Source of the DNA: Simkaniaceae bacterium
Lineage (GTDB): Bacteria; Chlamydiota; Chlamydiia; Chlamydiales; Simkaniaceae
Length of the DNA: 64,000 nucleotides
Assembly (NCBI GenBank): GCA_050248615.1
Contig: JBFWSA010000007.1
Span: forward strand, 1-64,000
Direction: 5' to 3'
Part shown: in pieces, positions 59,274 to 64,000 of the stretch
Layout: each line of letters starts with the position of its first letter
Numbering within the stretch: position 1 is the first letter of the stretch
Notes under the pieces: generated by a model
The model's database searches: none
The model's input: the letters and a program-made list of their open reading frames with translations, nothing else
Told to the model about the DNA's origin: nothing
Program-made: the position numbers and the translations under genes

Positions 59274-59744
59274 ATGAAACAACAAACAACCCGCACCATT
59301 ATTAGAATTTCAAACTTCGGCTATATCGCTGCCTGCGTTGTCCTCTACCTCATCGCCTTTTGCATCCTCATTTCTGCTGTTTGGGGAATTATTGCAGATA
59401 TGCGCTCAGGGGAATATACCGTTTACAAGCTCTTAGATGAAGTCGGGCTCATCGTTTTCTCCATGGCCGTTATCGATGTGGGCAAATACCTGATGCTCGA
59501 AGAGGTCATGCGTAAGGGGGGACATGAAAAACCCCCTCAAGAGTCTCGGAAAACACTCACTAAATTCGCGATTATCATCGCCTCAGCCCTATCCCTAGAA
59601 GGTCTTGTCTTAACGATCGAAGTTGCCAAACAGGATGTCACGAAAATTCTTTACCCTGTTAGCGTTCTCTTAACATCCACATTCTATATTATTGGAATTG
59701 GGATTTACCAGAAGCTAAATGCTGCTGCAGAAGAGAAGAAGTAG
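59274..59744 (+). CDS. 4-TM membrane protein (PsiE-like)
   Basis: Four hydrophobic helices, DVGKYLMLEE, RKTLTKF, ALSLEGL. Confidence 0.7.
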   Translation: MKQQTTRTIIRISNFGYIAACVVLYLIAFCILISAVWGIIADMRSGEYTVYKLLDEVGLIVFSMAVIDVGKYLMLEEVMRKGGHEKPPQESRKTLTKFAIIIASALSLEGLVLTIEVAKQDVTKILYPVSVLLTSTFYIIGIGIYQKLNAAAEEKK

Positions 59745-60351
59745 TAGTCTCGTTTTGCTCTTCCGGTTCAAAAGACTCCACAAAATTACAGAGTTCATCG
59801 CGGACCCCTTCTCGCTCATTCAATGGATAGGTCACTTCCACCTTATAGAGAGTATTCCCCACTAAGACTAATGTCCCAGCTGTCTCCACCTCTTTCGTAT
59901 AATGCTCATAATCCAGGGCAGGGTAGTTTTTAAAAGTGTTCGAGTCTTTTCCGACGAGCTCTACCTTACCCAGCTCTCTCATAATCAGCTTCAAAGCTCC
60001 ATTAAGGATGAGGTTATCCCCCCATTTCAAAAAGGTATCGGGTAGGGTCATATAGCTTACAGAAAACAGGCGCCCACTATCCGTAATGCACTGATATTCA
60101 TGATATTTTAAAGATCCCTCTTCTCCGGGGATAGGGAAGTCCTTAGAAATAGCTTTCGGTCTCAGAGGAAAAGAAGCGGTGAAACTTTCCCCTTTAGGCT
60201 TAAAAGAAATCCACTTATCAAAGCTGATTCCCTGATGAGCCATCTGATGGAAATTAAAGGCTAGATGTCTACCCTTTAGAGAATGTGAGTATAAAAAATA
60301 ACTTCCGATCCCCACAAATACAGCTAAAGTAATAAAAATAATCTTTTTCAT
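59689..60351 (-). CDS. Membrane-anchored hypothetical protein, paralog-like to 22486-23091
   Basis: W-x2-F…ASFP-xP, YPALDY vs HKALDF, GNTLY vs NNLY, FVESFE vs FINSFE. Confidence 0.7.
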   Translation of the reverse strand: MKKIIFITLAVFVGIGSYFLYSHSLKGRHLAFNFHQMAHQGISFDKWISFKPKGESFTASFPLRPKAISKDFPIPGEEGSLKYHEYQCITDSGRLFSVSYMTLPDTFLKWGDNLILNGALKLIMRELGKVELVGKDSNTFKNYPALDYEHYTKEVETAGTLVLVGNTLYKVEVTYPLNEREGVRDELCNFVESFEPEEQNETTTSSLLQQHLASGKSQFQ

Positions 60352-60466
60352 CTTTGCTTATATCCCTGTTTCAAAATTTTTTGAATATTATAGGGAAATA
60401 ACACTTACTTTTCAACTAAACAGATGTTTAATATTACAACTAATTTGATTGCGTTTTAGTGCTTGT

Positions 60467-60633
60467 TAGAACTTATCCCACTAATCCATTTAAGGGGATT
60501 TTTTTAGATTTTTCTTGAAGATTTTTTTCCTTCATTTTGAGGACATTGTCCAATAGACAAGGCCTCAAAATGAAGGGGAAAATCAGCAGAAAAGGCAAAA
60601 AATACTGGAAATGGATTAGTGGGATAGGTTCTA
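60467..60633. mobile_element. MITE family E (163 bp plus TA flanks)
   Basis: 23-bp TIR GAACYTATCCCACTAATCCATTT (1 mismatch); internal stem CCTTCATTTTGAGG/CCTCAAAATGAAGG. Confidence 0.88.
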
Positions 60634-60695
60634 TTAACCCTTGATTTTCAGTAAAATTTCTTCGGATTAAAAATTTTAACAGGAGATTTAAGGGA

Positions 60696-61325
60696 ATGGC
60701 ACAATCCGTACAACCTCTTTCTGGGTTAGATCAAGCTATGCAGTATTTATACTCAAACAACTTCAAAAGTTAGTTTTGGGCTAGCGCGAAAGCTTTCGAA
60801 ATTTGCCGATCATAAATGACCCAATATTAATAATATGGGGTTATTTATGATCGACGAATCACGGTGCTTTGGCGCAGCCGAAAGTCCAACTTTTGAAGTT
60901 GTTTGAGTATACTTGAGACTTATCACAGATTGACAGGAGAAGTAAAACAGCACCTTTTGGACTTAACAACCGATGGAGCTAATCGAAAAGAAATCGTTTC
61001 AGCACCCGATGAAAAAGTGAATACCCTTGCAAAGACATATAGAGAACTCTACTCTAGAGCAAGGCCTTTTGATCTTTTCCTCGAGACAATCTTTGAACAA
61101 GGGAGCGATAAAAATGCAGCCTACCGCGTCATCATGCTCACGGGTATGATGGAAAATCAACAGCTTCCCTCTGAAAACATGTATCTATTTAGAGCGATTG
61201 CTTATCTCATTTACGGAAATACGACTGAAGCCGATCGTCTCATTCAAGAAAAGGGATTGCAAAACATCGTAGCCCGTTATCCTTGCTTTAATGCGACTCT
61301 TCAGGGAAATCTTGATCGGATCTGA
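60696..61325 (+). pseudogene. Hypothetical gene interrupted after codon 18 by a family A MITE
   Basis: ATG 60696 with AGGAG upstream; deleting 60750-60911 gives the in-frame join MAQSVQPLSGLDQAMQYL-LETYHRL…. Confidence 0.8.
60748..60911. mobile_element. MITE family A, full copy 2 (160 bp plus TA flanks, opposite orientation)
   Basis: Reverse complement of the 27532 and 61742 copies. Confidence 0.93.
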
Positions 61326-61342
61326 GTCAGATGCGAGGAGCT

Positions 61343-61394
61343 TCAGAAAACAACTGCTTGAATGTGATGCAGAATGGGCTTTGTCCACTTCCCC
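61343..61394 (-). repeat. Orphan duplicate of the 3' end of the UDG gene
   Basis: 61345-61372 identical to 62890-62917 (28 bp); after a ~12-bp gap, ATGGGCTTTGT…CTTCCCC also matches. Confidence 0.85.
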
Positions 61395-61411
61395 AGAGCC
61401 CATACTCAAAC

Positions 61412-61935
61412 TTACTCACCTGTAATAGAGCAAGGGGGCCAAGCATGAAAAAACTTGCATTTGGGACAGTATACCGGGATTTGAGGTTCTCCAACGTAGC
61501 TTTCGCTAGGGATAAAATACCCCTCTCTATCTGAAAAAATAAATGACAAAGACAATACATCTAGCCTATTGAGATTTAAGTATAATCCTTCTTCTAACAA
61601 TTGAATATTTTCTGGATGAAGATAGATTTTTCCTTCTTTTTGAACTTTAACGCAATAGGTTTCATTCGCTAAAACTTCTCGCACGACTTCATTCCAGTGC
61701 TCACAAGTTCCCTCTGCTTGAGAAAAAGAAGCCAAGAAGGATATACTCAAACAACTTCAAAAGTTGGATTTTCGGCTGCGCCAAAGCACCGCAATTTGCC
61801 GATCTTAAATGACCTCATATTTCTAATATTAGGTCATTTAAGATCGACGAATTTCGAAAGCTTTCGCGTTGCCCAAAACCAACTTTTGAAGTTGTTTGAG
61901 TATAACATTCGTATGAATAATAAATTCTTAAACAT
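61412..61935 (-). pseudogene. Small secreted protein with C-terminal CxxC, signal peptide split by a family A MITE
   Basis: GGAGG RBS and ATG at 61935; removing 61744-61904 gives MFKNLLFIRML-SFLASFSQAE…; YCPKC. Confidence 0.8.
61742..61904. mobile_element. MITE family A, full copy 3 (159 bp plus TA flanks)
   Basis: Perfect 24-bp TIR TACTCAAACAACTTCAAAAGTTGG inside TA flanks. Confidence 0.94.
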
Positions 61936-61946
61936 AAAGCCTCCAC

Positions 61947-62891
61947 ATGAAAAAAAATATTAAGGTTCCATTAAAACGTTTCTGTTACATCGTGTCAATT
62001 TTTATCTTTCTCTATGGGTGTTATCCTAAATCCCAAAACTCTCTCTCTATAGAAGAGTCTCAATCCTCCGATGAATATCGATGGATGTCTCAATTTTTCC
62101 GCTATCTTCTTCTACAAGAATGTGGAATTTATACCCTTTGGGGAGATAAACCTGTAACAGCCTTTGAAATAGACCTTAGAAGTGAAGAAGAGCTAGCTCT
62201 TCTGTATGCGAGTATCCCTTTAGAATTGATCACGATTCCTATCGATTTAAGTACAGAATCAGGACGCATTAAATATGAAAAACTTTCTGAAGCAGAGAGA
62301 GATAGAGTGATTTTTGTAAATTATGAGGATCTTGAATTCTTGTCAAAATGGGAGAAGTGGAAGGAAAAACAAAAAAACCTTTCGATCAAGAACTATCTTC
62401 TTCTCTTAAAGGAAAATCCTAAGAATGAAAAACTTCCTAGGTTTTTCTTTATAAACATCAGAGAAACAATCCTCACTCTGGAAAAGAATTATGAACTATT
62501 TAAAGAAGTTTTCGGAAAAGACTTCAACCCTCCTGAAATAATCTTTGAAATCAAAGAACCAAAATCTCCCTTTTGGGATAAAGTGATGCTAGATGATAGG
62601 TGTCGCGGCATTTTATTTGGTTTTGGAGAAAGCAACTCTTGGTGCTTTTACTGGAAATATCAAGCTGCTTCTAAAAAGTTCACAAACACCCTAAGAGGAA
62701 AACCTAGCGAAGAGAATCAACAATATAAAGTATGGACCATTGAAGAATTCCCCATCCCAGGATTTGTATCTTTCTCAGAAGATGATAGGATCGTCAAAAA
62801 ATATCAGCAGCAGCGTCAAAATATCAAGGAAATCTACAAAGGAAAGGACTTTACAAGGACCTCTTTGGACAAACTGACTGAGCAAAATTAG
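61947..62891 (+). CDS. Hypothetical lipoprotein (YTLWGDKP…ILFGFG type)
   Basis: Lipobox-like LYGC; A-rich ORF of 314 aa. Confidence 0.75.
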   Translation: MKKNIKVPLKRFCYIVSIFIFLYGCYPKSQNSLSIEESQSSDEYRWMSQFFRYLLLQECGIYTLWGDKPVTAFEIDLRSEEELALLYASIPLELITIPIDLSTESGRIKYEKLSEAERDRVIFVNYEDLEFLSKWEKWKEKQKNLSIKNYLLLLKENPKNEKLPRFFFINIRETILTLEKNYELFKEVFGKDFNPPEIIFEIKEPKSPFWDKVMLDDRCRGILFGFGESNSWCFYWKYQAASKKFTNTLRGKPSEENQQYKVWTIEEFPIPGFVSFSEDDRIVKKYQQQRQNIKEIYKGKDFTRTSLDKLTEQN

Positions 62892-63529
62892 AAAACAACT
62901 GCTTGAATGTGATGCAGTAATCCGACCAGCATGGGCTTTGTGAGCTTCCCCGTATAGGTGTTTTGGGGGCTGGGATGGAAAGAGGCAAAGAGATCTAGTC
63001 TCTCTCCAGAAAGGCAAAGTCCATGCGCAAATTTTTCTTCTTTAACCTCTCCTATAAGGGGCAAGGCAACCTGAAAAGCCAATTGCCCTAAAGCCAAAAT
63101 GGCCTTCAAGTTTTTGAGCTCTGCAATTTCTTGAATGAGAAAGGATTTGCACTGCTTTGTTTCACTAGTTAAAGGTTTATTTTGAGGAGGAACACACTTA
63201 ACAGCCGCTGTAATATAGCACCCTTTAAGCTCTAAACCATCCGTTAAACTCTCCGAAGTGCTTTGGTTAGCAATCCCCACCTCATGTAGGCAGGCAAAGA
63301 GAAACCGCGCCGATTCATCTCCTGTAAAAATCCTTCCCACGCGATTGCCTCCATGAGCAGAAGGAGCAAGGCCTAAAATCATCAGTTTTGCATGGGGATC
63401 CCCATATCCTGGGCAAGGTTTTCTCCAGTACTCTTGATCTTGAAAAGAGGCACGCTTCGGAAGGGTTTCGCGAAACTGAACGAGGCGGGGACACAAGCGA
63501 CACTGAGCGACCTGATCCTTCAGTGTCAT
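62888..63529 (-). CDS. Uracil-DNA glycosylase, family 5 (Fe-S)
   Basis: CRLCPRL, GLAPSAHGGNRVGRIFTGD, FHPSPQNTYTG. Confidence 0.92.
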   Translation of the reverse strand: MTLKDQVAQCRLCPRLVQFRETLPKRASFQDQEYWRKPCPGYGDPHAKLMILGLAPSAHGGNRVGRIFTGDESARFLFACLHEVGIANQSTSESLTDGLELKGCYITAAVKCVPPQNKPLTSETKQCKSFLIQEIAELKNLKAILALGQLAFQVALPLIGEVKEEKFAHGLCLSGERLDLFASFHPSPQNTYTGKLTKPMLVGLLHHIQAVVF

Positions 63530-63933
63530 GTCTGTTCATGGGGTTTTTCAGGAATAATGACAATTCCCACAAAGTAGGCAATTAGAAGAGGAAACACACC
63601 CGTTAAAATGAGGGCGATCAGCATGACCAAACGGACGAGCGTCGCATCGATCTGTAAAGCCTCTGCAATCCCTCCACAAATGCCTCCTATCTTCCGATTA
63701 TGGACCGAACGGTAGAGTTTTTTATATTCATACTGGATATAGGTGGGAGGACCCAGAGGGATGAGCATCCAAGCGATAATATAGAGAACTAAAAGGGGGA
63801 GAACCGCTGTAAAAATACAAACAAGGACCATCAGAAGGCGAATAATAGTCGGATCAATACCTAGATATTGACCCAAGCCTCCACACACTCCGGCAACTTT
63901 TTTATCCCAACGCTCGCGGTATAGCTTTTTCAT
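63526..63933 (-). CDS. Tandem PspC-domain membrane protein
   Basis: Two KKLYR…GVCGG/GICGG…IDPT/IDAT repeats; ATGA overlap with UDG. Confidence 0.9.
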   Translation of the reverse strand: MKKLYRERWDKKVAGVCGGLGQYLGIDPTIIRLLMVLVCIFTAVLPLLVLYIIAWMLIPLGPPTYIQYEYKKLYRSVHNRKIGGICGGIAEALQIDATLVRLVMLIALILTGVFPLLIAYFVGIVIIPEKPHEQT

Positions 63934-64000
63934 AAGAGTAATTATCTAGAAAAAAAATTTAACTTGCAAATGGAACTCTCGCTTTAAAAGCCATTTGCCT

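Noticed and set aside
27532..61904. Palindromic repeats as a CRISPR array or integron attC sites
   Set aside because: They are dispersed rather than regularly spaced, no cas or intI gene is present, and they have TIRs with TA duplications and insert inside genes

Overview
Gene content (gatCAB, RNase HIII, Pkn1-type kinase/FGE fusion, short RodZ-type HTH protein, class I fbaB, MOMP-like porin, tandem brnQ) points to the chromosome of an environmental member of the Chlamydiae. This is inferred from gene content only. The backbone is housekeeping and transport genes: a TolC/MFP/RND efflux operon, SulP, gatCAB, brnQ x2, MFS, recN-rnhC, rodZ-yyaL-pkn1-LMW phosphatase-ispH, an APC-USP fusion, oppBCDF, fbaB, an AsmA-like protein, a NUDIX hydrolase, an adenylate cyclase, UDG and a PspC protein. 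I recognised no tRNA, rRNA, CRISPR array, transposase or integrase. Four things are not explained by the ORF track. (1) A 19-codon Leu/Ile/Val-rich leader ORF with a hairpin sits between a sigma66-like promoter and the first brnQ. It is a candidate amino-acid-sensing attenuator, and a degenerate echo lies before the second brnQ. (2) At least six families of ~150-175 bp fold-back MITEs are present, five flanked by TA and one with ISAs1-like CAGGG ends. Removing them by hand restores three broken ORFs and the ancestral end of ispH. (3) Two small cargo islets are each bracketed by a direct repeat of the 3' end of a core gene (RND pump, UDG). (4) There are several candidate host-interaction proteins: a RING-H2 membrane protein, a GH64-like glucanase, scramblase/LURP-like paralogs and an unnamed paralogous domain pair. 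All alignments and counts were done by eye.
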